Below are positions 14,116-26,667 of a DNA stretch of 64,000 bases, piece by piece. The stretch lies in NCBI RefSeq assembly GCF_006345805.1, contig NC_043025.1, forward strand, positions 11,098,001-11,162,000, given 5' to 3'. The notes under the pieces were generated by a model. It was not told the DNA's origin. It saw only the letters and a program-made list of their open reading frames with translations, and did not search any database. Position 1 is the first letter of the stretch, and each line of letters begins with the position of its first letter. The stretch comes from Octopus sinensis (lineage: Eukaryota). Position numbers and translations under genes: made by a program.

Positions 14116-15633
14116 CAGACTGTATATACGTATGCAGGCGTGGTTATGAGGTGAACAGAAATAAATGAGTGAAGAACAAATATATAGTCATCATCATCAT
14201 CGTTTAGCGTCCGTTTTCCATGCTAGCATGGGTTGGACGGTTCTACTGGGGTCTGTGAAGCCAGAAGGCTTCATCAGGCCCAGTCAAATCTGGCAGTGTT
14301 TCTACGGCTGGATGCCCTTCCTAATGCCAACCACTCCGTGATGTGTAGTGGGTGCTTTTTACCTTACTATCTCCTCCTCATCATCATCGTTTAACGTCCG
14401 CTTTCCATGCTAGCATGGGTTGGACGGTTCAACTGGGGTCTAGGAAGCCAGAAGGCTGTACCAGGCCCAGTCTGATCTGGCAGTGTTTCTACAGCTGGAT
14501 GCCCTTCCTAACGCCAACCACTCCGTGAGTGTAGTGGGTGCTTTTTATGTGCCAGACGAGGCTGGCAAATGGCCACGATCGGATGGTGCTTTTTACGTGC
14601 CACCGGCATGGAGACCAGATGAAACTGGCAATGGCCACAATCAGATGGTGCTTTTTACATGTCACGTTCAGATGGTTCTCTTACGTGCCACCAGCACTGG
14701 TATCACAGCTACAAATTCCATTGATGTTGATCTGATAATTAAATTAACAGAAGAAATCACATCTACCGACCGATGCCGGACCCCTCCCCCCGGCACCTGT
14801 GCAGGTGGCACGTAAAAAGCACCCACTACAGTCGCGGAGTGGTTGGCGTTAGGAAGGGCATCCAGCCGTAGAAACTCTTCCAGATCAGACTGGAGCCTGG
14901 TCGAACCGTCCAACCCGTGCTAGCGCGGAAAACAGACGTTAAACGATGATGATGAGGAGGAGATAGTAAGGTAAAAAGCACCCACTACACTCACGGAGTG
15001 GTTGGCGTTAGGAAGGGCATCCAGCTGTAGAAACTCTGCCAGATCAGTCTGGAGCCTAGAGCAGCCCCTGGCTTCCCAGACCCCGGTCGAACCGTCCAAC
15101 CCGTGCTAGCGCGGAAAACGGACGTTAAACAATGATGATGAGGAGGATGTAGTAAGGTAAAAAGCACCCACTACACTCGCGGAGTGGTTGGCGTTAGGAA
15201 GGGCATCCAGCCATAGAAACTCTGCCAGATCAGACTGGAGCCTGGAGCAGCCTTCGGGCTTCCCAGACCCCGGTCAAACCGTCCAACCCATGCTAGCGCG
15301 GAAAACGGACGTTAAACGATGATGATGAGGAGGACATAGTAAGGTAAAAAGCACCCACTACACTCACAGAGTGGTTGGCGTTAGGAAGGGCATCCAGCCG
15401 TAGAAACTCTGCCAGATCAGACTGGAGCCTGGAGCAGCCCCTGGCTTCCCAGACCCCGGTCGAACCGTCCAACCCGTGCTAGCACGGAAAACGGACGTTA
15501 AACGATGATGATGATAATGATGATGAAGGATAGAGTCAACTGTTGATAAGTCCTAAATGGAACAGCCCTGTTATCACTTAGCTGGTACAGCACTGATCAC
15601 TAGGCTGATTCTGTAGCTATAGAATATATAGAA

Positions 15634-16005
15634 CTAGCAGTATCGCCCGGCGTTGCTCGGGTTTGTAAGGGAAATAACTATAAAGCATTTTTAGAGAGTT
15701 ATAGCCAAAAAATTGCAAAAAGATGGAAAAAATTGATGGTAAATTTTTTTTTTAGTTAAAAAAGGTGGAGTTGCGTCCCCTAGAGAGTTTGCGGCTTGTG
15801 TTTCTGATTCTCGACCCCATGTCGAATTTATCGATTTTTTTCAGAACTGGGGGAACTTTTCAAAATTTTGGCTGCGTTAGTTTTGAATTATGACATTGGG
15901 CTATGTGTGTGTCAAGTTTCATCAGAATCGGTTGAAAGCCGTGGTCAGGGTGAGGGTACAAGAAAACAGACGCACAGACAAAGTGCCGTTTATATAGAGA
16001 GGAGA
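15634..16005 (-). mobile_element. Complete non-autonomous Helitron (unit 4 copy)
   Basis: Same termini as 12134-12505, with hairpin cccgagcaacgccggg. Confidence 0.8.
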
Positions 16006-16927
16006 TTGAGAAGAACAATCCATTGTTGAAAGCAGTAGTAGGATATCAAGTACTCATATGATGCGTTTCTCACCTTCCATAATCAAGCTTCCTTTTTTGG
16101 TGTGGCTCTCTCTTGATACCTTGTTTGTTTGAAATTTCGAAAACAATGACAAGATCCAGTTGTATATACTACTACTCAATACAGAAATGTGGTAGCTTGA
16201 CCTTCTAGTAAAAACAACAAAAAATCGGGCGAAGTTTCGCTTGTCGTAGCACAAGTTTCCGTCGATTTCCGTAAAAAGCTTTTATTTTTTTACATATGGG
16301 CTTGCGGGAACTTTTGAAGTAATGAGAGCGAAAGAGACTAAGAGGAAGCGAATTTATGACGAGGAAATTTCTCTTTGAAGTCCCCGTGTGTGTGTTTGAT
16401 GGGGTGTGGGAGACAGACAGTATGTTGTGTAAGTGAAGTGCTTCTGTAGTGTGTGTGTGAAGAGACAGAGAGTAATGTGTGAAAGAGAGAGATAACTAAA
16501 AAATTTTACTCGGTGTATGTGTATATGTATGTCTGCATGTATGTGTGTGTGTATGTATCTATGTATATGTGTATGTATGTGTGTGTGTATGTATGTATGT
16601 ATGGCCGATTCAATGTTTACATTTTTTACGGAAATCGACAATCGACGGAGGAAAAATCGACGGAAACGTGTGCTACGACAAGCGAAACATCACCAAACAT
16701 CGCCTTAAATCATGTCCCACAATCAATAGAACAGGTTGAATAATGTAGTTCTAAATATACAAATGACTTGATGACAACGTTACTGAAGAACACAATAGGT
16801 GTCCTCAAGCGCAGCAGGTGTTCTGAAATCCAATTACATGGCTTGTAATAAATCCTTGTACAAAGGTACAGGAGTGGTGTGTGGTAGTAGTTTGCAAAAA
16901 TGCCTAAATGGCATATATATGAAATAA

Positions 16928-18345
16928 AGTAGTTTGCTAACCAACCACATGGTTCTGGATTCAGTCCCACTGCGTGGCATCTTGGGCAAGTGTCTTCTGC
17001 TATGGCCCTGGGCCGACCAATGCCTTGTGAGTGGATTTGGTAGATGGAAACTGAAAGAAGCCCATCGTATATATGTATATATATGCAGGAGTGGCTGTGT
17101 GGTAAGTAGTTTGCTAACCAACCACATGGTTCTGGTTCAGTCCCACTGCGTGGATCTTGGGCAAGTGTCTTCTGCTATGGCCCTGGGCCGACCAATGCCT
17201 TGTGAGTGGATTTGGTAGATGGAAACTGAAAGAAGCCCATCGTATATAGTATATATATGCAGGAGTGGCTGTGTGGTAAGTAGTTTGCTAACCAACCACA
17301 TGGTTCTGGGTTCAGTCCCACTGCGTGGCATCTTGGGCAAGTGTCTTCTGCTATGGCCCTGGGCCGACCAATGCCTTGTGAGTGGATTTGGTAGATGGAA
17401 ACTGAAAGAAGCCCATCGTATATATGTATATATGCAGGAGTGGCTGTGTGGTAAGTAGTTTGCTAACCAACCACATGGTTCTGGGTTCAGTCCCACTGCG
17501 TGGCATCTTGGGCAAGTGTCTTCTGCTATGGCCCTGGGCCGACCAATGCCTTGTGAGTGGATTTGGTAGATGGAAACTGAAAGAAGCCCATCGTATATAT
17601 GTATATATATGCAGGAGTGGCTGTGTGGTAAGTAGTTTGCTAACCAACCACATGGTTCTGGGTTCAGTCCCACTGCGTGGCATCTTGGGCAAGTGTCTTC
17701 TGCTATGGCCCTGGGCTGACCAATGCCTTGTGAGTGGATTTGGTAGATGGAAACTGAAAGAAGCCCATCGTATATATGTATATATATGCAGGAGTGGCTG
17801 TGTGGTAAGTAGCTTCCTTACCAACCACATGGTTCTGGGTTCAGTCCCACTGCGTGGCATCTTGGGCAAGTGTCTTCTGCTATAGCCCTGGGCTGACCAA
17901 TGCCTTGTGAGTGGATTTGGTAGATGGAAACTGAAAGAAGCCTGTCGTATATATGTATATATATGCAGGAGTGGTTGTGTGGTAAGTAGCTTGCTTACCA
18001 ACAACATAGTTCCGGGTTCAGTCCCACTGCGTGGCACCTTGGGCAACTATCTTCTACTATAGCCTTGGGCCGACCAATGCCTTGTGAGTGGATTTGGTAG
18101 ACGGAAACTGAAAGAAGCCCATCGTATATATGTATGTGCGTGTATATGTTTTTGTGTCTGTCTGTCCCCAAAACATCGTTTGACAACCGATGCTGGTGTG
18201 TTTACGTCCCCGTAACTTAGCAGTTTGGCAAAGAGAGAGCAATAGAATAAGTACTAGGTTTACAAAGAATAAGTCCTGGGGTCAATTAGCTCGACTCAAT
18301 GCGGTATTCCAGCATGGCCACAGTCAAATGACTGAAACAAGTAAA
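16928..18345 (+). repeat. SINE-head array in unit 4 (~7 copies) plus one tail
   Basis: Same unit, 7 B-box motifs. Confidence 0.9.
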
Positions 18346-19329
18346 ACAGACTGTATATACGTATGCAGGCGTGGTTATGAGGTGAGTAGTTTGCTTACCA
18401 ACCACATGGTTCCAGGTTCATTCGCACTGCTTGGCACCTTGGGCAACTATCTTCTACTATAGCCTTGGGCCGACCAATGCCTTGTGAGTGGATTTGGTAG
18501 ACAGAAACTGAAAAAAGCCCGTCGTATATATGTGTATGTATATATATATATATACTCTTACTCTTTTACTCTTTTACTTGTTTCAGTCATTTGACTGCGG
18601 CCATGCTGGAGCACCGCCTTTAATCGAGCAACTCGACCCCGAGACTTATTCTTTTGTAAGCCTAGTACTTATTCTATCGGTCTCTTTTGCCAAACCACTA
18701 AGTGACGGGGACGTAAACACACCAGCATCGGTTGTCAAGCAACGCTAGGGGGACACACAGTCACACATACATATATATATATATATATATACGATGGGCT
18801 TCTTTCAGTTTCTGTCTACCAAATCCACTCACAAGGCTTCGGTCGGCCCGAGGCTATAGTAGAAGACACTTGCCCAAGGTGCCACGCAGTGGGACTGAAC
18901 CCGGAACCATGTGGTTGGTAAACAAGCTACTTACCACACAGCCATATATATCATCTTTTAACATCCACTTTCCATGCTGGCATGGGTTCGACGATTTTGA
19001 CTGGGGGCTCCAATCTTGATCTGGCAGAGTTTCTACAGCTGGATGCCCTTCCTAATGCCAACCACTCTGAGAGTGTAGTGGGTGTTTTTACATGCCACCT
19101 GCACGGGGGCCAGTTAGGCGGCACTGGCAACCACCTCGCTCGAATCTTTTTACACGTGCCACCAGCACATGTGCCAGTGAAGTGACGTTGGTAACGATCA
19201 CGCTCGAAAGGTGATGTATGTGTGTGTCTGTGTTTGTCCCTCCCCCCCAATATCGCTTGATAGACGATGGTGGTGTGTTTACGTCGCTGTAACTTAGCGG
19301 TTTGGCAAAAGAGAGACTAAAATTATCAA

Positions 19330-20335
19330 AGAAAAAAATTAGCAAACAAAAGAAACATTTGGAAAGAAAAAAAATTTGCAAACAAAAAAAAGAATTTGCA
19401 AACACCTAGCGGTTCTGCAAAAGAGACCAATAGAATAAGTACTGGGCTTACAAAAGAATAAGTCCCGGGGTCGAGTTGCTGGATTAAAGGCGGTGCTCCA
19501 GCATGGCCGCAGTCAAATGACTGAAACAAGTAAAAGAGAAAGAGAAAGAGAAACAAAAAAATATTTGCAAACAAAAAAAAAATTTGCAAACAAAAAAAAA
19601 ATTTGTAAAGAAAACAAAATTTGCAAAAAAAAAAAAAATTTGCAAAAAAAAAAAAAAATTGTAAAGAAAACAAAATTTGCAAAAAAAAAAAATTTGCAAA
19701 CAAAAAAAAAATTTGTAAAGAAAACAAAATTTGGAAAAAAAAAAAAAATTTGCAAAAAAAAAAAAAAATTTGTAAAGAAAACAAAATTTGCAAAAAAAAA
19801 AAAAATTTGCAAACAAAAATAAAAATTTGCAAACAAAAAAAAAATTTGTAAGAAAACAAAAAATTGGAAAAAAAAAAAAAAAATTTGCAAAAAAAAAAAA
19901 TTTGTAAAGAAAACAAAATTTGCAAAAAAAAAAAAATTTGCAACAAAAAAAAAATTTGTAAAGAAAACAAAATTTGCAAAAAAAAAAAAAAATTTGCAAA
20001 AAAAAAAAAATTGTAAAGAAAACAAAATTTGCAAAAAAAAAAAAAAATTTGCAAACAAAAAAAAAATTTGTAAAGAAAACAAAATTTGGAAAAAAAAAAA
20101 AAAAATTTGCAAAAAAAAAAAAAATTTGTAAAGAAAACAAAATTTGCAAAAAAAAAAAAATTTGCAAACAAAAATAAAAATTTGCAAACAAAAAAAAAAT
20201 TTGTAAAGAAAACAAAATTTGGAAAAAAAAAAAAAATTTGCAAAAAAAAAAAAATTTGTAAAGAAAACAAAATTTGCAAAAAAAAAAAAAATTTGCAAAC
20301 AAAAAAAAAATTTGCAAACAAAAAATTTAGCAAAC
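19330..20335 (+). repeat. A-tract satellite built from AAATTTG(C/T/G)AAA modules separated by A8-A15 runs
   Basis: Recurring aaatttgtaaagaaaacaaaatttgcaaaaaaaaaaaa; interrupted by SINE tail sequence at ~19405-19550. Confidence 0.9.
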
Positions 20336-20534
20336 AGCATTGTAGTAAAAATATAAAATATAGGCTTCCAAAGTACAAGTCCTGGGGTCGATTTGCTCGA
20401 CAAATGCGGTGCTCCAGCATGGCCACAGTCATAAGACTGAAACATCTTATGTTCGCCATATTTTTGCTTACATATTTTTATATATATTTGTTTTTCTTTC
20501 CATGTATTAACTGGGTTTTTTTTCTGATTTTTAG

Positions 20535-20662
20535 TCTGTCTTGTCTCCGTGGATACGGACTGCGGCCAGAACATGGCCAAACGTACGGGGCCAAACATTT
20601 TCCAGCTGGTTATTCAAAGCAATGGTCAGAAGAGATGTAATGTTAACATGTCCGTTGGAAAG
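20535..20662 (+). CDS. NFATC2IP: Penultimate coding exon of a SUMO-like-domain protein (NFATC2IP/NIP45/Rad60-like): (x)CLVSVDTDCGQNMAKRTGPNIFQLVIQSNGQKRCNVNMSVGK
   Basis: Polypyrimidine tract and acceptor (ttttttctgatttttAG, AG at 20533-20534); open frame to donor AAG|GTAAAC (GT at 20663), phase 0. IFQLVIQ...NVNMSV fits the first two beta strands of a ubiquitin/SUMO fold and joins in frame to the 25672 exon. Symbol assigned from remembered resemblance to the second SUMO-like domain of NFATC2IP; not database-verified. Confidence 0.7.
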
Positions 20663-20691
20663 GTAAACCCCATTGTCATAATTACTACCAG

Positions 20692-21730
20692 GGGAGATTT
20701 GGCTGCTATTTCTAACAGGTTTAGCAACAATGTAGAGATCTCCAACATGTATCATACATACATACAAACAGTTAGGGTGTGATTTGAGGGAGATTTGGCT
20801 GCTATTTCTAACAGGTTTAGCAACAATGTAGAGATCTCCAACATGTATCATACATACATACAAACAGTGATCTGAGGGAGATTTGGCTGCTATTTCTAAC
20901 AGGTTTAGCAACAATGTAGAGATCTCCAACATGTATCATACATACATACAAACAGTTAGGGTGTGATCTGAGGGAGATTTGGCTGCTATTTCTAACAGGT
21001 TTAGCAACAATGTAGAGATCTCCAACATGTATCATACATACATACAAACAGTTAGGGTGTGATATGAGGGAGATTTGGCTGCTATTTCTAACAGGTTTAG
21101 CAACAATGTAGAGATCTCCAACATGTATCATACATACATACAAACAGTGATCTGAGGGAGATTTGGCTGCTATTTCTAACAGGTTTAGCAACAATGTAGA
21201 GATCTCCAAAATGTATCATACATACATACAAACAGTTAGGGTGTGATTTGAGGGAGATTTGGCTGCTATTTCTAACAGGTTTAGCAACAATGTAGAGATC
21301 TCCAACATGTATCATACATACATACAAACAGTGATCTGAGGGAGATTTGGCTGCTATTTCTCACAGGTTTAGCAACAATGTAGAGATCTCCAACATGTAT
21401 CATACATACATACAAACAGTGATCTGAGGGAGATTTGGCTGCTATTTCTAACAGGTTTAGCAATAATGTAGAGATCTCTCACATGTATCATACATACATA
21501 CAAACAGTTAGGGTGTGATATGAGGGAGATTTGGCTGCTATTTCTAACAGGTTTAGCAACAATGTAGAGATCTCCAACATGTATCATACATACATACAAA
21601 CAGTGATCTGAGGGAGATTTGGCTGCTATTTCTAACGGGTTTAGCAACAATGTAGAGATCTCCAAAATGTATCATACATACATACAAACAGTTAGGGTGT
21701 GATTTGAGGGAGATTTGGCTGCTATTTCTA
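20692..21730 (+). repeat. Intronic minisatellite with 96-bp and 88-bp unit variants (11 full units plus a partial)
   Basis: Unit starts at 20692, 20788, 20876, 20972, 21068, 21156, 21252, 21340, 21428, 21524, 21612, 21708; variants differ by an 8-bp indel (tagggtgt). Confidence 0.95.
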
Positions 21731-21809
21731 CTTTTTCTAGTTACCATGTAGAGGTCTCCCTCATTCACTCATACATAAAGTAGTAGGGTGTGGTTTGAGG
21801 GAGATGAGA

Positions 21810-22479
21810 TTGTAGTAGTTGTGGTAGTGGTGTTAGTGGTAGTAGTAGTGGTGGTGGTGGTGGTAGTAGTATCAACAGTGGTGGTGGTGGTGATGGTAGT
21901 TGTCATACTTAGTTGTGGTGGTAGTAGTATCAAAAGTGGTGGTGATAGTAGTAGTAGTAGTAGTAGTATCAATAATTGTGGTGGTGGTGGTACTAGTATC
22001 AAAAGTGGTGGTGGTGGTGGTGGTAGTAGTAGTATCATAATTGTGGTGGTGGTGGTGATGGTAGTTGTCATACTAGTGGTGGTGGTAGTAGTATCAAAAG
22101 TGGTGGTGATAGTAGTAGTAGTAGTATCAATAATTGTGGTGGTGGTGGTAGTAGTATCAACAGTGGTGGTGGTGGTGATGGTAGTTGTCATACTTAGTGG
22201 TGGTGGTAGTAGTCATTGTTGTGGTGGTAGTAGTATCAAAAGTGGTGGTGATAGTAGTAGTAGTAGTATCAATAATTGTGGTGGTGGTGGTAGTAGTATC
22301 AACAGTGGTGGTGGTGGTGATGGTAGTTGTCATACTTAGTGGTGGTGGTAGTAGTATCAAAAGTGGTGATGATAGTAGTAGTAGTAGTATCAATAATTGT
22401 GGTGGTGGTGGTGGTGGTAGTAGTAGTATCAGTAATGGTGGTGGTAGTAGTATCAATAGTAGTAGCAGTGGTGGTGGTT

Positions 22480-22510
<31 letters not shown>

Positions 22511-22530
22511 CAGCAGCAGTGGTAGTAGAT
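21810..22530 (+). repeat. Compound (GGT)n/(AGT)n microsatellite with recurring higher-order motifs
   Basis: gtagtatcaaaagtggtggtg, gtagtatcaataattgtggtgg and gatggtagttgtcatact recur between triplet runs. Confidence 0.95.
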
Positions 22531-22974
22531 GCACATAATCTTTCCTTTTTTGTTCTTTATTCGTTTAAGTCATTCGACTGTGGCCATGCTGGGGCACCGC
22601 CTCGGAAAATATTTTGTTGAGTGAACGGGCCCCAGTCAATTAATTTCTCTTGTTTGTAAAACCTGGAACTTATTTTATCGCTCTCTTTTGCTGAACAGCT
22701 AAGCTACTGGTATGCAAACACACCAACACTGGTTGTCAATCAGTAATGGCAGACAAACACAGAAACAATTACTCACACATATACGACGGGCTTCTTTCAG
22801 TTTCCGTCTACCAAATCCACTCACAAGGCATTGGTCGGCCCGAGGCTATAGTAGAGACACTTGCCCAAGGTGCCACGCAGTGGGACTGAACCTGGAACCA
22901 TGTGGTTGGTAAGCAAGCTACTTACCACACAGCCATGCCTGTACACGCATTCATATATTGAGTGCTGAGCCTTT

Positions 22975-23545
22975 CAGGGGCAAAGTGGTTGAGTTCCTTT
23001 AAAGCATTGGGCCTCACAGGGGCAAAGTGATTGAGTTACTTTCATGCATTGGGCCTCACAGGGCCAAAGTGATTGAGTTCCTTTCATGCATTGACCCTCA
23101 CAGGGGCAAAGTGATTGAGTTCCTTTCAAGCATTGGCCCTCACAGGGGCAAAGTGGTTGAGTTCCTTTCAAGCATTGACCCTCACAGGGGCAAAGTGGTT
23201 GAGTTCCTTTCAAGCATTGACCCTCACAGGGGCAAAGTGATTGAGTTCCTTTCGAGCATTGGCCCTCACAGGGGCAAAGTGATTGAGTTCCTTTCAAGCA
23301 TTGACCCTCACAGGGGCAAAGTGGTTGAGTTCCTTTCAAGCATTCAGCCTCACAGGGGCAAAGTGATTGAGTTCCTTTCAAGCATTGGTCCTCACAAGGG
23401 CAAAGTGGCTAAGTTCCTTTCAAGCATTGGCCCTCACAGGGGCCAAGTGGTTGAGTTCCTTTCAAGCATTGGCCCTCACAGGGGCAAAGTGGATGAGTTC
23501 CTTAAAAGCATTGGGCCTCACAAGGGCAAAGTGGCTGAGTTCCTT
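22975..23545 (+). repeat. 42-bp minisatellite (~13 copies) inside an RTE-like 3' region that continues to ~23790
   Basis: Unit cctcacaggggcaaagtg(a/g)ttgagttcctttcaagcattg(a/g)c; followed by ...ggcattaggaagggcatacagc..., homologous to the (GAT)-tailed family. Confidence 0.85.
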
Positions 23546-25044
23546 TAGAGTGTTGGGCCTCACAGAAGCAATGACCAAGACCTTTGGCATTATGTTATGC
23601 TTGAGAAGAAGACCCATCAAGCTGAGTAAAACCACAGCTGTGGCAGATACTGGTGTCACACAAATGGCACCTGTGCCACTAGCATGTAAAAACACTCATT
23701 ACACTCTCTGGGGTGGTTGGCATTAGGAAGGGCATACAGCTATAGAAAACCGGGCCAAATCAGACTGGTGTCTGGTGCAGTCTTCCAGCATGATATATGC
23801 ATACATATATATATGCATATATACATCCACACACAACAGATATAGCAGGCTTCTTTCCGTTTCCACATCTGAAGTACATTCACAAAGCTTTGATCACCAT
23901 GAGGCTATGATAGAAGTCACTTGCCCACGGGTGGAACACAGTGGGACTGAACCCAGAACCTGTGGCTGGAAAAAAGACTTCTTACCACACAGCCACAGCA
24001 CACTTGTGTCTATACTTTTTATTTGTTTCAGTCATTTGTCTGCGGCCATGCTGGAGCACCGCCTTTCGTCGAGCAAATCAACCCCAGGACTTATTCTTTT
24101 GTAAGCCCAGTACTTATTCTATCGGTCTCTTTTGCCGAACCGCTAAATTACAGGGATGTAAACACACCAGCATCGGTTGCCAAGTGATGTTGTGGAGACA
24201 AACACAGACACACAAACATATACATACATACATATCAAGATTAATCAGCCGAAATTGCAAGGATGATCCGGTTCTTGACTGAAGATTAGAGGCTTCGAAT
24301 GCCCTGTCCGTTTTTTGTATCGTCTATTTGAATGTTTTGCGTTCTTGTCCCGTTTTGTATTTTTAAGCACCCACTACACTCATGGAGTGGTTGGCATTAG
24401 GGAGGGCATCCAGCCGTAGAAACATTGCCAGATCAGACTGGGTCTGGTGCAGCCTTCTGGCTTCCCAGACCCCAGTTGAACCGTCGAACCCATGCTAACA
24501 TGGAAAGCGGATGCTAAATGCTGATGATGATGATATATATATATATATATACGACGGGCTTCTTTCAGTTTCCGTCTACCAAATCCACTCACAAGGCTTT
24601 GGTCAGTCGATGATGATGATGATATATATAGGCGCAGGAGTGGCTGTGAGGTAAGTAGCTTGCTTACGAATCACATGGTTCCAGGTTCAGTCCCACTATG
24701 TAGCACCTTGGGCAAGTGTCTTCTACTATAGCCTCGGGCCGACTAAAGCCTTGTGAGTGAATTTGATAGACGGAAACTGATAGAAGCACGTTGTATATAT
24801 GTGTATATACATGTGTATGTGTGTGTGTGTGTATGTTTGATGATGATAATGATATATATATACATCTGTGTGTATATATTCTAATTTCCTTGCTGGAAGG
24901 GTTCCGAATCCATGGGCAGAGGGGTGTTTTCAAAGGGCTGGCATGTGCAACCTGATTACCTCTGCTGATCAAACGCCCAACCCATACACTCCTGTCCAAC
25001 CCATGCTAGCATGGAAAGCGGATGCTAAATGATGATGATGATAT

Positions 25045-25580
25045 ATATGACGGGCTTCTTTCAGTTTCCGTCTGCCAAATCCACTCACAAGGCTTTGGTC
25101 GGCCCGAGGTTATATTAGAAGACACTTGCGCAAGGTGCCACGCAGTGGGACTGAACCCGGAACCATGTGGTGGTAAACAAGCTACTTACCCCACAGCCCC
25201 TCCTGCGCCTATATATATATATACACACATATATATATATACATATATACAACGGGCTTCTTTCAGTTTCCGTCTGCCAAATCCACTCACAAGGCTTTAG
25301 TTGGCCCGAGGTTATATTAGAAGACACTTGCCCAAGGTGCCCCGCAGTGGGACTGAACACGGAACCATGTGGTTGGTAAGCAAGCGACTTAGCACACAGC
25401 CACTCCTACATATATATATATATGATGGGCTTCTTTCAGTTTCCGTCTGCCAAATCCACTCACAAGGCTTTAGTTGGCCCGAGGTTATATTAGAAGACAC
25501 TTGCCCAAGGTGCCCCGCAGTGGGACTGAACCCGGAACCATGTGGTTGGTAAGCAAGCGACTTAGCACACAGCCACTCCT
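25045..25580 (-). repeat. Three tandem SINE heads, antisense, just upstream of the terminal exon acceptor
   Basis: Reverse complement of the 177-bp family head, repeated three times. Confidence 0.85.
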
Positions 25581-25671
25581 GTGCTTATGCTGTATAATGT
25601 TTATTTTTTTATTATTTTGTGTTCAATTTTATGTTTTTTATGTTGTTGTTTTTTTTTTCTTTTTTGTGCAG

Positions 25672-25836
25672 TTTGAAACCATTCAAAGTGTTTTGGACAT
25701 CTACAGGAAACAGCAGAACTTGAACACGGATCTCCTGAAGCTGTACTTTGATGGCGAGCTCCTGAACACCACGCTGACGCCAGCCGCCTATGGCATCGAA
25801 GACGGCGACTGCCTCGACCTCGTGGTAGAGACCTAG
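25672..25836 (+). CDS. NFATC2IP: Terminal coding exon of the SUMO-like-domain protein: FETIQSVLDIYRKQQNLNTDLLKLYFDGELLNTTLTPAAYGIEDGDCLDLVVET*
   Basis: Long T tract then tgtgcAG|TTT, phase 0; stop TAG 25834-25836. The motif L-Y-F-D-G-E-x-L...T-P-x-x-x-G-I-E-D-G-D-x-L-D is SUMO/Rad60 SLD-type; no C-terminal GG. 40 of 54 codons end in G/C, unlike the AT-rich flanks. Confidence 0.8.
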   Translation, partial: FETIQSVLDIYRKQQNLNTDLLKLYFDGELLNTTLTPAAYGIEDGDCLDLVVET

Positions 25837-26667
25837 CGACGTCTTCGGACGGGGAACTTACCTAAATGGCCAAGAGTCACGTTTGGTTGGTTGGTTGGAG
25901 CAGGAAGTGTCAGGGAGTGCCTGGGGAGGAACGTTTGGTTGGTTGGCGCCTCTAGGCCCTCCGAGCAGGACACGGCCGAGGGTAGCCTGAGCCCTGTTTC
26001 CCCACCCACCCACCCACCCCTTTACCTGCTCTTTTCTTTCCTCTACCCTTAATTACACTCGACCACCCACCACCACCCCCACTTCCCTTGGCCACACACA
26101 CATACATGCGCATTGACTAACAGCTCCCCATGCTGTTACATTCTCTCCTTCTTCATCCACCCCACCCCCACCTCCCACCTCACCTCCCTCTTTATATATA
26201 TATATATATGTGTGTGTGTGTATATATGTATATATATATATATATATAATAAATAAATAAAATATGTGTGTATATATGTATATATATATATATAATAACA
26301 ATATAATGAATAAATAAAATATATGCATATACACATGCATATATGCACATACTTACATCTACATGTATATATACAAGCATATATATATATATATATATAT
26401 GAGTACAGGACACCACAAATAAACGTAGAACACGAGAAACAAAAACAAAATCAAACAAGGAAACAGACTTTTTTTTTTAACATATATATATATATGTATA
26501 TATATATATGTGTATGTGTATGTGTATATGTATATATGCATAGGGTGAGGAAGCAAAATTTACAATATTTTGAGGCAGGGATTGAAAGACAGTGTATGAC
26601 CAATTATTTTATTGAAAGTTATGAGAATTTATTTGCCACAAGAAAATTTACAGAATAGAAAATTTTT

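Larger units (their letters stand above)
1..18385. repeat. Tandem macro-repeat, 4 units (anchors at 1, 5947, 10500, 14379; lengths 5946, 4553, 3879, ~4007 bp)
   Basis: The same ordered modules recur: (CAT)n-tailed elements, Helitron, short unique spacer, 8-bp-TSD MITE, spacer, SINE-head array, SINE tail. Matching ORFs recur at 105, 6051, 10604 and 14483. The fourth unit diverges at ~18385. Confidence 0.95.

Noticed and set aside
24235-24360. CTGAAGA...GAAT and an upstream GAAA as another hammerhead
   Set aside because: I could not form stems I and III or place a UH cleavage site.
25672-25836. A SUMO or ubiquitin gene proper
   Set aside because: No C-terminal di-glycine, and the domain is preceded by further coding sequence, fitting an integral SUMO-like domain.
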